DNA of 60,893 bases, the filler included, from Rhizaria sp. SCN 62-66 (lineage: Eukaryota): assembly GCA_001724265.1 (NCBI GenBank). It is 2 parts of 2 records of this genome, joined end to end, with 100 filler letters (N's around TTAATTAATTAA, not from the genome) between each part and the next. Parts side by side here need not be neighbours in the genome. Positions count along the whole stretch, not along the records: positions 1 to 30,224 come from MEDY01000368.1; 1 more part is not named here. One strand, given 5' to 3'. Below are positions 13,504 through 27,369 of this stretch, piece by piece (positions within the stretch are counted from its first letter, which is position 1; each line of letters starts with the position of its first letter). Made by a program: the position numbers and the translations under genes. The notes below the pieces were generated by a model that worked only from the letters and a program-made list of their open reading frames with translations, searched no databases and had not been told where the DNA came from.

Positions 13504-16500
13504 GCTGGCCACCTCCGGCCCCGCGGCCGCGACGGCGTCCGCGCCGGCGCTGTCGCGCGCTGTCCGCGCGCTGGCGGCGCAGTGGCCCCGCGCCGCGGGC
13601 TCAGTGTTGACGCTGCGCGCGTGGGCGGCGCTGACTGCGCTCGAGGCCGTGCACGACGTCGCCGTGGCTTCGCGCGTGACGGCCCCGCCCGCGCTAGCCG
13701 GCACCGTGTGGCCGCTGGGCGTCGACGCCGCGGGGGCCTGGGCGCCCGCCGCGTCGCCGCTCTCGGCGCTGCCCGGAGCCGCATTCCTGACGCTGCAGAC
13801 GGCGGCGCTGAAGCGGCTGACGACGCTGTGCCGCTACCTCGCGGTGATCCTGCCCCACGCCGCCGCTGCCATGGGGTCGGCCACCACGGCGCTCACTGTT
13901 GCCAACGCGCAGCGCAAGAAGGGCGACAAGAGCGGTGCCGCGGCCGCAGCTGCTGCCGCGATTGCGGCGGTGCAGTACGAGGTGAGCCCGATGCACCGCA
14001 CGACGGCGTGGTGGAGCCACAACGCGGCCCAGGACATGGACGTGCTAGACGGTAGCGCCAGCAACAGCAGTCTGGTCACCACCACGACGCACATCAGCGC
14101 CAACTACAGCGCCGATCGCGGCGACTTGGCGCCCGTGTACTCCAGCGACGACGAGAACGACGACGGCGACGACGACGACGGCGACGGGCGCACGGTCGCC
14201 GCGCGGTCCGCGTCGCAGAACATCCACAGCATCAACCTCTACGGCAAGCTCAACGCGATCCAGCTGAACCGCATCAAGGCCTCGTCGAAGCTGTGGAAGC
14301 AGTACCGCCGCATCCAGAAGGCGCGCGCGGCGGGCGAGCTGCTTGAAGAAGAGTACGCGCCGCGCATCGACAAAGACACGTTCCTGAGCGACGTCGACAA
14401 GCTCCGCAAGCAGCAGCGCGCGCGCGCCCGCGAGGACACACGCCTCGAGGTCTCGATTCCGGCTGACTATACGCGCGCCGAGCGCCGCGCGGCCGAGAAG
14501 GGCGCCGTGGTGCACGCGCGCGAGCTGCAGCAGCGCCAGCGCGCGGCCCGCGAGCGCGCCGCTGACGCCACGCAGCTGCTGCGCGCGGATGACGACGACG
14601 GCGATGGCAACGGCTACGAGGCCGGTGCGGGCACCGACTTCCTCTCGGTCCTCGCCGCCTCCGCTTTCTCCGACAACGGCAAGGCCGGCGCCCGCGGCGG
14701 CAGCAACGCCGCGCTGGAGGCCGCCGCCGCCGCGGCCGCGGAGACTATCTTCGCTGGCGCCGCCCTGGGCGGGCCGGCCGCGGACGCGCTAGCCGCCGCC
14801 TTCGCGCCGGTGGCCGCCGCGCTGCTCTCGGCCAACGCGGCGGACCGCGCGCGCGCGACGGCGGCGCACGAGGCGCTGACGGCGCTTGTGGTCCCGTCTC
14901 TGCGCGCGCCGGCGCATGCGATTCGCGCGCTCGCCGTCGACGCGCTGGCCGCGATGCCCACCCTGCACCACCTCGCCGCGCCCGTGCCCGCCACCAACAC
15001 GAGTAACCACAACAACAGCAGTGGCAATGGCAGCGGCAGTGGAGCGAAGTCAGTCAAGTCTGTTTTGACCGGCGCGCAGACGCAGCACCGGGCCGCGGGC
15101 CAGCCTTGCGGCGTGCTGGCCTCGCTGCACTTCCTGCTAACGCACGCCGTGGGCATGGAGCTGGACCGCCGGTCCGCGCCCCGGCTCGAGACCCTGCTGG
15201 CCTCAGTCAACCTGCGCCTGCTGCCGCCGCTGTACGCGTCGCTGCTACCGCCCTTTGCGCTGGGGCTGCTCTCAGTCAAGCTCTCGCTGCTGTGGCCGCG
15301 CGCGCTGGCGCTGCTGGGCGGGCTTGCGCAGCAGTACCCCGCGCTCACCTGGCCCTGGCTGCGACTCGCGCTTTCGGACGCGATGCTGCACTCGCACGCC
15401 GTGCTCGCCGTCCGCGAGCAGGCCATGACGCTCGGCGCCTCGGCCCCGGCCCCCAGCCGCGGGTCGCTCGAAGCCGCGCGCGAGGCCGCCGCGGGCGCCG
15501 TCAGCCGCATGCAGGACCTGGCGGCCGCCGCGGTCAACGCGCGCGCCATGGCGGACGGCGACTGCTTCGGCGTCGTCGCCAAGGCCGACACGGACATTGG
15601 CGCCCCCGTGGGCACCGGCGATGGCGACAACGGTGACTCTGCCGCTGACAGCGACGCCGTGTACGTCGCGATGGTCACGGGCAAGTCCGCCTCGGCCTCC
15701 GCATCGGCGTCCGCCGCCGCGACCGTCAGCAGCAACGGCTCCAACGGCGTGGTCACCCGCGGCCAGATCGCGGCACTGACGGCGATGCTGCGGCGCGAGG
15801 CCACTCTGTCACAGCACGCGACCGCCGCCGCGGTCGACGGCCCGACTCTGATCAAGTCCCTGCTCTCGGCAGTGGGCAACGAGGCGCTGGCCTCGCTGGT
15901 CAACTCGGCCGCGCACAAGGAGGGCCTCGTCGCGCTCTTCGCCGCCTTCGTGCACACCGAGTGGGCGCTGCTGCACCCGCACAGCGCCTTCGGCACGGCC
16001 ACGCAGGCGCGCGGCCGCGAGACGGGCGACGGCACGCCGCGCAAGATCACAGTGGTCACCGCGCGCCAGGGCTTCACGCACGACGTCTACATCGCAAACG
16101 TGCTCTCGCAGGCGCTCGGCATCGCGAACCCGTCGCCGCTCGTCCCCGCCGCGGGCGCCGCGGTGGGCTTCGTGCTCGCCGACGGCGCGCGCACGGTCGC
16201 GGCGGCCAAGATGAACCAGTTCTTGCGCGCCTTCGCGGCCAACTACAAGACGCTGAGCACGCTGCCATACGCCGACGCGCTGCTGAAGCCGCTCGCCGTG
16301 CGCCTGCTGAGCATGCCCAACCCGGACCTGCAGGAGAGCGCGCTGGCGCTGCTGGACAAGGCCAAGCTCGACTGGCTGAGCCCGTACTCGGACCGCCTGC
16401 GCCGGTTGATGAACGACAAGACGTACCGCGACGAACTCACGGCGATCTCGGTCGCTGTCCAGCGCAGCATCGACCGCTCGCGCCGCGCCGCCGCGCCCGC

Positions 16501-19500
16501 GCTGCGCCGCCGGCTGCGGCGCATGGGGCTGCTCGACGCGACGGGCAGCGCCAAGCTGCGCGTCGTACGCTCCGAGGCCGGCGCCGCGGGCCAGGACGAC
16601 AGCGACGCCGACGAGGACGACGACGAGGACGACGACAACCTCGACGACGACGGTGAGCTCGACGGCGACCGCGCCCACCTCAACCGCTACAAGTCCCACA
16701 CCCACGGCGACAACGCCGGCGCCGTGACGATGAAGGGCGTGGACGAGGACGACTACGGCGACGCCAATGACAGCGCGGGCGTGATCCACCCGCGCCACCG
16801 CGCGCACCTGCTGCCGCTGCTGTCGGCCGTGCTGACGACGCGCATGGCGACCTCGACGCACGCTAAGAGCGGCCGCTCCGCCGCGGCCAGCCGCCGCAAC
16901 GCTGTCATGGCCGTGCTCGCGCAGTTCCCGCCGCAGGAGCTGTCGTCCTACTTTGCCAGCATCCTGCGGCCCTTCGTGGCCGCGCTGCTGCTGACGACGG
17001 GCAACGGCGCGCTGCTGGCCGCTGCGCTCGACGCCGACGACGCGCGCAACGCCGCCGTCACGGCCCCCTTTGGCGCCGCCGTAGCGCTCGCAGGCGACGC
17101 CACGCACCACACGCCCGCCGCGTCGCCCGCCGTCGAGGCCGCCGGCGCCGCTGCAGCGGCGGCGCTGGCGGCGCCCGAGCTCGTGGTAACCACGACGAGC
17201 GAGACGGCGGCCCGCACGCGCGCCGTGATGGCGTCGCTGCGCGCGCAGGAGCTCGTGCCCGCGCCCGTCCGCGCCGCCGCCGCGTCGGGCGCGCTGGCCA
17301 CGGCCGCAGAGGACTACGTCGCCGTGCTGCAGCGCGGCGAGATGCTCACGGCGCTCACAGCGCGGCTCATCCGCGAGGGCGGCGGAGCGCTTTTCGCCGC
17401 CGCGGCCGCGATGGTGGCTTCGACCGTGCCGCCCGCGCTCGCCAACGCCGACAGCGTCGACCCCGAGTCAGCCGAGGCCGCCGCGGACAGCGACGCTCTG
17501 GCGCTGGTCGAGGCCGCCGTGCCTCCGCAGACGCTTGCCTCACGCGCCGCGGTCAAGCGCGTTATGGGCGCGGCCTACGTGGCGCTTGCCGCGGACGCCG
17601 GCGCCGACCCAGACACGCTCGACGCGTCCTCGCTGGGCGCGCGATCCTGGGACGCCGTGGCGATGAGCGCCATCAACGCGCCCCCCGCCGCCTTACTATC
17701 GGTGCCCGTCAACTCCCCGCGGCTGTCTGCGCCGCACGTGGTCGCTGCGATCGCTGGTTCGACGCTCGCGGCCTCGGCGGCGGCGGCGGTGCAGCGACAC
17801 GTGCTTGTCGGCTACGGCAGCCAACGTGGCAGCAGCAGCCGCGTAGCGCTGCCCGAGGTCGACACGCGCAAGCAGGTCGGCTTCCTCATCGGGTTGCAGG
17901 CGCTGTTGGGCCAGATGCGCACCGCAGTGACCCCGTTCCTGCCGACCCTGCTGCCCATCATCGTCTTCCTACACACGCGCGCGCACGCCCGTGCGACGCT
18001 CATCATGCAGTACCGCGCGGTGCGCCGCGCCGCGGTGCGCAAGACGGCCGAGGAGGAGGCCGCCGCCGCCGCCGCCGCGGAGAAGGAGGCCCGCGAGGTC
18101 CGCCGCGCCCGCCGCCGCGCCCGCGCAGGCCGCAAGCTGGGCTCCGCGCTCGACGACGCCACGCCGGCCCCCGAGGATGAGGACGCCAAGAACAGCGACG
18201 ACGATGACAACGAGGAGGAGGACCTCGCCGAGAGCTCCGGCACCGATTCGGACTCCGAGGACGCCGACGCGACCGTGGGCGTCGAGTCAGAGAAGGACAC
18301 GCAGCGGCGCGTGGCGGCGGACCTGGCCCGCGACGCGGACGCGCACGAGGCCGCCGTCTCTCGCATCCTTGCAGAGCCCGACGCCGAGGGCGCGCGCGCA
18401 CACGCCGGGAGCGCGAACCCCGAGGACGGTGTCGACGACGCCGGCGAGGCGGCCGCGCTTGAGGCGCTGCTGGGCGGGAAGCTGTTCGACCCCGAGGGCG
18501 AGGACAAGGCGCTGGCCTACACGGCCGAGTCGCTCCGCACCGTGCGCCTGCTCTGCAACAGCATCATGGCCACGGTCGTCGAGAGCCTGCACCCGCTCTT
18601 CGGCATCGACGCGGCGCCCGCCCAGTGCCCCGCGCTTGTCCACAGCGCGCCGAGTGGCAAGAGCAGCAAGAAGAAGTCCGCGATGAGCGACAGCGGCGAC
18701 ACCGAGGCCGAGTGGAGCAGTCTGGAGCGCGCGCTGACGGCCGCCGACGACTGGGCCAAGCGGCCCTCGCGCAGCCTCAGCGCCAGCGCGCGGCTGCTGC
18801 TCTCGGTGCAGCGCGGCGGCGACATCACCACGGCCCACGTCGCCGCCGCGACCACCGGCTCCGTCGCCGCTGACTCGGCGGCCGCGGCGTCGGACGACAC
18901 GCTGGTGCTGCCGCTGTGCGCGGCGTCGGTCGCCGACGCGCGCGCCGCCGCGGCGGCGGTGGCAGAGGCCGAGGCGCTGGAGCGCGCGGGCCGCGTCCCC
19001 GCGGGCGCCGAGGCCGCCGTGGCCGCCGCGCGCGCCTCGGCCGTCGTCTGCGCGCTCACGCCGCGCGCGCTTTTCGCCAACGTGTACCTCTTCGCGCAGT
19101 CGAGCCGCATGACGATCGAGCGCCTGGCGCTCGACGCCACGCAGTCGCGCGTCGGCTGCATGGAGTTCGTCGTGTCGCTCGCCAAGCACCGCGCCACACA
19201 GCCCTTTTTCGCGCTGCCGACGACGCAGTTTGTGCTGCCCTCGCTCTTCGCCGTGCTCTCCTCGGCGTCGGTCACGCCCGCGGTGGCTTCGGCGCCGCTC
19301 GAGGCCGTCGAGCACATGCTCAACACGATCGACCAGCTCGACCAGGAGCAGAAGCAGGCAGCCGTCGACGCCAAGACGGCCGCCGCGGACCGCGAGGCCC
19401 GCCAGGCGCGCCGCCAGGCCCGCATCCAGGTGCTGCAGCGCCGCGCCGCCGCGCTCGAGGCGCGCCGCGGCGATTCCTCGCTGCACAACGACGAGGAAGA

Positions 19501-22500
19501 GCTGGAGGCCGAGCTTGCGAGCGCGTACGCCGCCATCGAGGCTGTGCGCGCGCGCGCCGAGGCCGCAGCGACGGGCGCGCTCACGGCGGTGCAAGATGCC
19601 GAGGAGTCCGGCGATGACAGCGACGACTACGACCAGTCGACCGACGCGCGCCGCGCCAAGCTGCGCGCGTTCGACGCGCGCACGGCGGAGCGGCTGCGCG
19701 CGGACCGCAGCGACAAGGAGATGGCGCGGCGCGCGAACCCGCGCGCGACGCCGCTGGGCGAGGACTCGGCGCAGTCGCCGGCGCTGCGCGGCGTGCTGGC
19801 GCGCGTGCTCACCACGCATGCGCCAACGCTGCTGCGCAACCTCAACGTGTACCTGCAGAACGTCGCTGACGGGCTTACGGTCACGTACGACTCGCTGTCG
19901 AAGAAGAACCGCGGCAAGCGCGCGCGGCTGCCGCGGCGCGAGCTGACCCTCGCGGCGCGGCTGGCGCCTTACGCGCGCGACGCCGACACGGCGCGCACTC
20001 TGGCGTCGATCCTGATCGCGTACCTGCCGTTCGGGCAGCCGCAGCCGCTGCACTCGCTGGCGCCCTCGGCGTCGTACACGTCGCGCCGCGGCTCCGAGGA
20101 GGACGCCGAGGAGGCTGACAGGCTCTCGCGGCTGCGATACGGCGTCGAGCTGCACCAGACCACGGTGCTGGGGCTGCTGTGCGACCTGGTGCCGTGCGTT
20201 CGCGACGTCGAGTTCCTCGTCACGCTGCAGGACACGCTCGCGCACCAGCTGCTGCTCGTGTTTCCCGGCAAGTCGCGTGTCCGCGTCGCCTCGCTGCTGC
20301 GCTCCATCGCGCAGAGCGCGCGCGCCGCCGTCGCCGAGGCCAGCAGCGGCGCAGACAGCTCGGCCGCCGCCGCCGCCGCTGCCACTGCCGTGCTGCCCGA
20401 GGCGCTGTCGGCGCCCGGCGCGCTCGAGGCCCGCCTGCTGTCGGACGACGTGCTGCTGGTCATCGACGGGCTCACCTCGCTGGAGCCCACGCGCGCAGAC
20501 CCGTCGCCGGACTACGCGCGCCACCTGCGCACCTACCGCGCGCTCACGCTGCCGAACCGGCAGATGCTGACGGCCGTGCTGTCGGCCGACGCGGCCGCTG
20601 TGGCCGCCGAGTCGGCCGCCGCGCTGGCCAACAGCGAGGTGATCGGCGCCAACATCGCCGAGGACGCCGTGCTGCCGGGCCCCACTGCGCACACCTTCGG
20701 CGCCAACAAGCTTGCCGCGCTCGTCACCACATCCGCCGACGTGCTCGACGCCGACAACGACGCTGCTGACGGCGCGGGCGCGGGCGGCGTGTGGGTGCAG
20801 TGGTCGTCGCACCAGGCGCTGCCCGTGGCCTACGCGCTGCTGCACGACATGTACGCGGCCGAGAGCTCCGCGCGCGAATCCGCCCTGACGGGGCTGCAGC
20901 GCCTCATCGCCGCCAACGCGGGCGCGACCGCCGAGGAGCGCGCCGCGGGGCTGCCCTCGGCGCTCGTCACGCGCGTCGTGTTTAAGGCCGTCACGGACGG
21001 CTTCGCGTCGAAGCACTACCTCCCGCGCCGCGCGTTCCTGCAGCTGTTCGGCGTGTTTGCGCGCTGCTTCCCCGCGCAGTACCCCGCGCTCGCGCTGCTC
21101 GCCGCGCTCACCAGCAGCGGCAACAACAACGCGCAGCTCTTGCAGCAGTCCCAGTCACAGTCTCAGGACAAGGCCCAGGACAAGGCTCAGAAGGAGAGCG
21201 CTGCTAAGGCCAAGGCCAAGGCAAGCGCCGCGGCAAGTGCGGTCGGCAGCCTGAGCAGCGGCAGCGGCAGCGACGAGGAGATCGACTTCTTCACGGCCGT
21301 GATGCACTCGCAGGTGGCGCACCGGCGTCGCGCGCTGGGCCAGCTGCAATCGCTGCTCACGCTGGAACGGCAAGCGCAGGCGCCGCGGGTCCAGGCAATG
21401 GGTGTGGCCGCTATCGAGTCGTCGTCCAAGCCGGTGTACGAGACCAAGCTGGCTGAGCTCATGTCGTCGCTGCTGCTGCCCATGGTGGGCCACGTCATCA
21501 CCGAGGCGGGCGGGCCCATCGCGCAGGGCCAGTTCAACAAGGGCCGCCGCATCAAGAAGGGCCCGCTGACCAACGTCTTTGGCGTCGACGCCGACACGCT
21601 CAGCCTGGCCGTGCAGGTCTACGGGCTGCTGGGCTCGTTCCTGCCGTGGAACCGCTACCGCGCGGAGCTCACGGCGTCGCTGAACCGCGTCATGAAGGAG
21701 CCCACGCAAGAGCGCGTGCTGCTGCGCGCGACCGTGGCGCTCATCGACGGCTTCCCCTTCCCCATCGGGCTCGACGCCGCGCAGCTCGCGCTCACCGCGC
21801 TGCCCGCCATGCGCCGCAGCCGCGGCGAGCCCGACCCCGACGACGACAAGAAGGGCGGGGATGCGAAGAAGAAGTTCAACCGCTGGCGCCCGCCGCCGCG
21901 CGCGCCGCGGCCCGTGTCGGCGCACGCGCTGTTGGGCATTGAGCCCGGAGGCGCGGTGCAGTCGTCGCTCTTCACCAGCGACATTACCGACATCGACCTC
22001 GCGGCCGCGGCGAGCGGCAAGGCGCCCGTGGCCGACATGATCCGGTTCACGCTGGCGAGCAAGATCCTGCCGCGCATGTTCTCCTTCTGCACGTCAACCA
22101 AGGACATGGGCGGCGATGCGCGCTTCGAGGCGATCCAGCAGCTGCGCATGAAGAACGGCGACGTCGACACCAACAACCCGCTGTTGCAGGGCAAGCAGCT
22201 GGGCGAAGTGCGCGTGTCGGTCGTCATGGCGCTCGTCAAGCTGCTGCAGAAGCTGCCCGCGTCCGACTTCCACAGCCAGTTCCCGCGTCTGGTGCGCGTC
22301 GTCGTCGTGCATCTGGCGCGCAAGGAGCAGGAGCACCGCGACGTGGCGCGCAAAACGCTCAACTCGGTGCTCGACTCGGTCGGCCCGGCGTTCCTGTTCT
22401 ACGTCATCTCGGAGCTGGAGACGTCGCTGGTGCGCGGCAACCAGCTCCACGTGCTGGGCTTCGTGCTGCACGACATCCTGCACCACATGGCTGAGGTCCG

Positions 22501-25500
22501 CAAGATCGCGCCCGGCGCGATCGACTACGCGCTGCCCTCGCTGCTGCCGCTGCTGCTCAACGACCTGCTGGGCGAGGCCGCAGAGCAGAAGAAGTTCGCG
22601 CTGAATCAAGTGCTGTCATACCGTGAATCGCGCCGCAACGTGGCGCCGCACGCTTTCCACCTGCTGGGGCAGCTGATCCGCTTCAACCCGACGGTGACGG
22701 CCGTGGTGGGCGCGCTGTGCGGCAAGCTCACGCCCTCGGCCGTGGGCCGCGACACGGCGCTGAGCATGTCAACGGCGCAGACGGTCGGCGAGGCGCTGCA
22801 CCTCTTCGGCATGGGCCTCCGCAAGAACCCCACGGCGACGCACGAGGACGTGCTGTTGTACGTGCACACGGTGTTGCGCGAGGTCACCGGCTACGACGAC
22901 GACGTGCGCAAGAAGGAGCGCGCGCGTCTGCGGGCCGCCGTCAAGGCCAAGGCGCTTACGGACGCCAGGAAGAGCAACAAGGACGGCAGCAGCGGCAGTG
23001 ACTCGAACTCATCTAGCTCCAGCTCTTCCGGCTCCGGCTCCGACTCCGGCTCGGACTCGGACTCGGACTCGGACTCGGACGCCGCGCCCAGCGAGCTCGG
23101 CTCCGGCAAGAAGGCCGCTGTTGCTATGAAGGACGGCGACGACTCTAGCAGCTCCAGCTCTGGTTCTTCCAGCAGCGACGGCGACAGCGACAGCGATAAC
23201 GCGGGCAACCTCGCCGCGGCGGCGATGCTCGACGGCGATGATGAGGGCGAGAGCTCGGCTTCTGGCCGCAGCGACGGCCTGAGCAGCGGCGACGAGGACA
23301 ACGACGACTCGTCCGCGCTCGACTCTGACGACGAAGCGCGCTTCGGCTTCCGCAACAAGAACGCCGGCGCGGCGCCGGGCAAGAAGAAGTACGACGGCAC
23401 GCTGCACCGCAACCACAGCGCGGCGACGCTGGCGGCCGCCGAGCGCGGGCTCGCGCGGCCGGCGCGCGCGGGCAAGCGCGTGACGGTCGAGGAGGCGCTC
23501 TTCATCCACCCCTCGCTGGGCGGGTCGCTGGGCAAGACGCGCGGCACGATGAGCCGCGAGCAGCGTCAAGTGGCGACGCAGCTTAAGTCCTTCTCGAACC
23601 ACTCGCTGTCGCTGGCCAAGGGCGTCAACCACGACGCCGTCAACTTCAACGGCGGGTCAACGTACCTTCAGTTCGGGCTGCAGCTGTTGCAGATGGTGTG
23701 CTATGCGCTGGGCTTTGACCACGGCATCGTCAAGCTCACGGCGGCCTCGCCCGTGGTGATGGGCATGCTCGACGCGCTGCCCAAGCTGCTCACGCGCGCC
23801 GTGCTGCTGGTGCGCTCGTCCACGGCCGCCGCGAAGCTTAAGCTCGACTCCGCCGCGGGCGGGCAGTCGGCCGACGTAGCCAAATTCATGCGCAACCGGC
23901 TGCGCATCCGCACGGCCGCCGTGGTGACGTCGACCCTGCGCGTGTGCTCGCTTCTGGTGCGGCTGCCGCTGCCGTCCCTGCAGACGGTGGCGTCGCCGCT
24001 GGGCCGCTTCGCGCTCAAGAACCTCGCTGACACGCCCGTCAACGCCGGGATGCACAACACCGTCAGCGGGTCGCAGAAGGACGGCAAGGACGACAGCAAC
24101 AAGGACGGACTTATGAACACGGCCAACGTGCGCCTGCGGTCCGCGTGCTTCCGCCTCATCACCAACGCGCTGATCGACTGCCCGCACTTCACGCTCGAAG
24201 GCCCGCAGGTGGACGTGCTTCTCAACATCGCCGACTACGACCTGCGGCTCACGCACCACGTGTCTACCGCCTTCCACCTCGTGCGCTGTCTCATCCTGCG
24301 CCGCATCACGCACCCCAAGATCTACGCGATGGCCGAGCACCTGGGTGAGCTCGTCGTACGCTCGCGCGTCGCGACCGTGCGCACGCAGGCCGCCACGGCG
24401 CTGCTCGAGTTCCTTATGAACTACCCGCTCGAGCGCCGCCGCCTCGACCAGCACATCACGTTCCTCATCAACAACATGCGCTTCGACAGCGCCGAGGGCC
24501 GCGCGAGCGTGATCGAGCTGCTGCAGCACCTGGTGAGCAAGATGCCGCAGTTCGTCATCGACTCGTTCGCAGCCGTGCTCTTCACCACGGCCGCCGTTCA
24601 GCTCTACAATGACGACAGCGCCGTCTGCCGTGCGCGCCTCACGCTGCTCATCCGCGCCCTCTTTGCGCGCCTCGCCGGCGTCATGGGTGTGGCCTCGAAC
24701 GCCGCCGCGACCGCGACCGAGGCGTCGGACGCCACGCGCACCACGCTGTTCCAGTGGCTCTTCCTGTGTCTCAAGGACTCGGACCCGGCCAAGGTGCGCA
24801 TGGCGCTCCAGGTCATCGCCATCGCCGCCGAGGCCGTCGGCACCGCGCACTTCGCCAAGTACATCCCCCGCCTCGTCACTATGGTGCGGCGCGTGGTGCG
24901 CGGGTGCACGGCGACGATGCTGGCCGATGCCGCCAAGGCCAACGCCGAGGAGCAGCGCAAGCGCAATCTGCTGCTGCAGATGCGCGCGATCGAGAACGTC
25001 GCCAAGGGCAAGACGCTGAACCGAGGCCGCAACAACAAGGACGGCGACGACGACGATGATGACGACGACGACGACGGCGAGAACGACGACAGTCTGCTGT
25101 CTCTCTCGCGCGCGGCGCGCGGCGCGCAGGCGACGACGGACGAGGACGCGGCGCTGGCGGCGAGTCTGGCCTCGGCGCGCGCCGCGGCGGACGCCTACAC
25201 AGCCGTGACAGTGGCCGACGCGGACGAGCAGGAGGAGGAGGCGCGGGACGCGAGCACCATCGCGCGCTACAACGCCGACGCGCGCGCGGACGAGGAAGCC
25301 GCGGAGAAGGCCGCCGAGGAGGCGGACGGCGCGCGCATGCGGGCCGCCCTCGCCGCTAAGGAGGCCAAGCGCGAGCTCAAGGCTGCCGCGGCCGCGGCTA
25401 AGGCTAGCAAAACCGGTGCGAAGGCCAAGGCTGCCGCCGCTGCGGCTGCTGCCAAGGGCAAGAAGGGAGCCGCCGCGATGGCCGATGGCAACGACGGCGA

Positions 25501-26288
25501 AGAGGAGAAGGAGAACAAGAGCAACGGCGACGAGAACGAGGACGACGAAGACGAAGACGATGATGAGGACGACGACGAGGACGCGCGCGCCGCCAAGCGC
25601 TCCGCCGCGGCCCGCGCCAAGGCCTTTATCACGGCCTCCTTCTCCTCCGTCCTCTCCTCCGCCAGCGCCAACAGCGCGGCCGCTGCGATCAGCGCGACGG
25701 GCAGCGACGCGCCGGCGCCCGTGATGGACGCGCACGTGCACACGCCGTGGCAGATGGGCTACGCGGCACTTAACTGCCTGGAGCGCGTGTTCAAGTTGTC
25801 GCCGCCGGCGGCGCTGGCGGCCGTGCAGGGCAGCGAGGGCCTGTGGGCCGACGTCGTGCAGCTGGGGCTGCACCCGCACAACTGGGTGCGCAACGCTGTG
25901 GCGCGCGTCGTGTCAGCGCACCTGCAGACTCTGCAGCTCGAGGCGCTGGCCGATGAGCACGGCTACCTGGCGCAGGCCACGACGTTCCGCACCAGCGCGG
26001 GGCTCTACGAGGTTGCCAAGATGACCGCACTGCAGTTTAACTCGGTGTACCTCACGGCTGCGATGGCCGAGAGCATCATCAAGAACCTGACGTTCTTGAT
26101 GCTCGCGCTCTACGTCGCGCGCGAGCAGCCCTTCTTCGTCGAGATGACGCGCGAGAAGACGGAGCGAGTGCGCGAGGGCATCGCGCGTGAGCTCGCCGAG
26201 GACGCCGCCGTGCGCAAGCAGGCTGAGAAGCACCGCAAGCGCCTCGCCTCCGTTGCCAAGGGCACGGGCAAGGCCGGCGATGAAGACA

Positions 26289-26332
<44 letters not shown>

Positions 26333-26938
26333 GAGGCCGAGGTCCAGCTGCCGCGTCTGAGCAACAAAAAGATGCTCTCGTCGTCCAAGCGCCTGGCCTC
26401 AGTCGGCGCCGTCAACGACGGCCGCGGCGGCTTTGCGCACGCCGCGATGGCGTGGGTGCTCACCACGCTGTCCTTCACCGCGCGCCGCACCGAGAGCATC
26501 ATCGTGCGCGACTCGGTGCTGCGCTTCTTCGGGCACCTCGGCACGCACCTGCCGCCCGAGCACCTGCTCGTGTTCCTGCCGCACATGATCAACCCGCTGT
26601 ACCGCGTGGCCGAGTCGGCCGTCACGGTCTCGCGCCACACGCGGCTGCTGCTGCGCCTCGCGGGCGGCGGGCTGTCGGAGCGCGAGAAGAGCCAGTTGCT
26701 GGCCTCCGAGGTCATCGACGTGCTCAAGAAGCGCGTCGGGCTTGAGGTCTTCATGGGCGCCTACAACCGCGTGGCGAGCCGCGTGAGCCACATCCGCAAC
26801 GAGCGCAAGCGCAAGATCAAGGAGTTGGCGCTCGTCGACCCCAAGGCGCACTTCGAGCAGCGGCACAAAAAGTCGCTCAAGGACCGTGAGCGGCAGAAGA
26901 AGGCCAAGAACCGCATGCTCGACATCGTCAAGCGGTAA
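9578..26938 (+). CDS. UTP20: U3 snoRNP/SSU processome component UTP20 (HEAT-repeat), 5786 aa, apparently intronless
   Basis: N-terminal 'SLPMLLHN..LLPVLARDL..IAYLFK', DRIM-type block 'NPDLQESALALL..LSPYSDRLRRLMNDKTYRDEL', C-terminal 'HPHNWVR' and 'EVIDVLKKRVG..AYNRV..RKRK..LVDP'; stop TAA. Confidence 0.92.
26291..26329 (+). repeat. (GAC)13 coding microsatellite (poly-Asp) in UTP20
   Basis: Perfect GAC run. Confidence 0.9.
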
Positions 26939-27369
26939 GTACCGCTGACGGCCACGATGGGTATGCGAATCATCGCGAATGTGCATTTTTTGGTAATACT
27001 ACTAATAGCTGTCACCGTAATTAGTTTATTCACTTTTAATACTCTTATCGATTAAGTGAGTAGTCTTTTTTATTTTGTATCAATCTTAGTCTTAAGTGTG
27101 GACGAATGTAAGCGATGTTAAATTTCGGAACATAGCAAATGCGTCCTATCTCGTTTCAAGTAACTCAATACACAAGTAATCATAACTAAATAAGTCACTA
27201 GTACGACGAAGACAACGTCTAGATTGTGTACCACCATTCGCCTCTTATGTTGTATCTTGTCAATCCCATATATGTGATCATATACCCCGAAACACTTGCT
27301 CGCCCGCATACATGTAAGATGCAAATACACAAAGCTCACTTCACACGATTTATCTGTTAAGTCGACAGC

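Noticed and set aside
9377-26986. Many long antisense and alternative-frame ORFs (up to 909 aa) over UTP20, and likewise over the other GC-rich genes
   Set aside because: These are expected shadows of extreme GC3 bias, with R/A/G-rich translations and no motifs.
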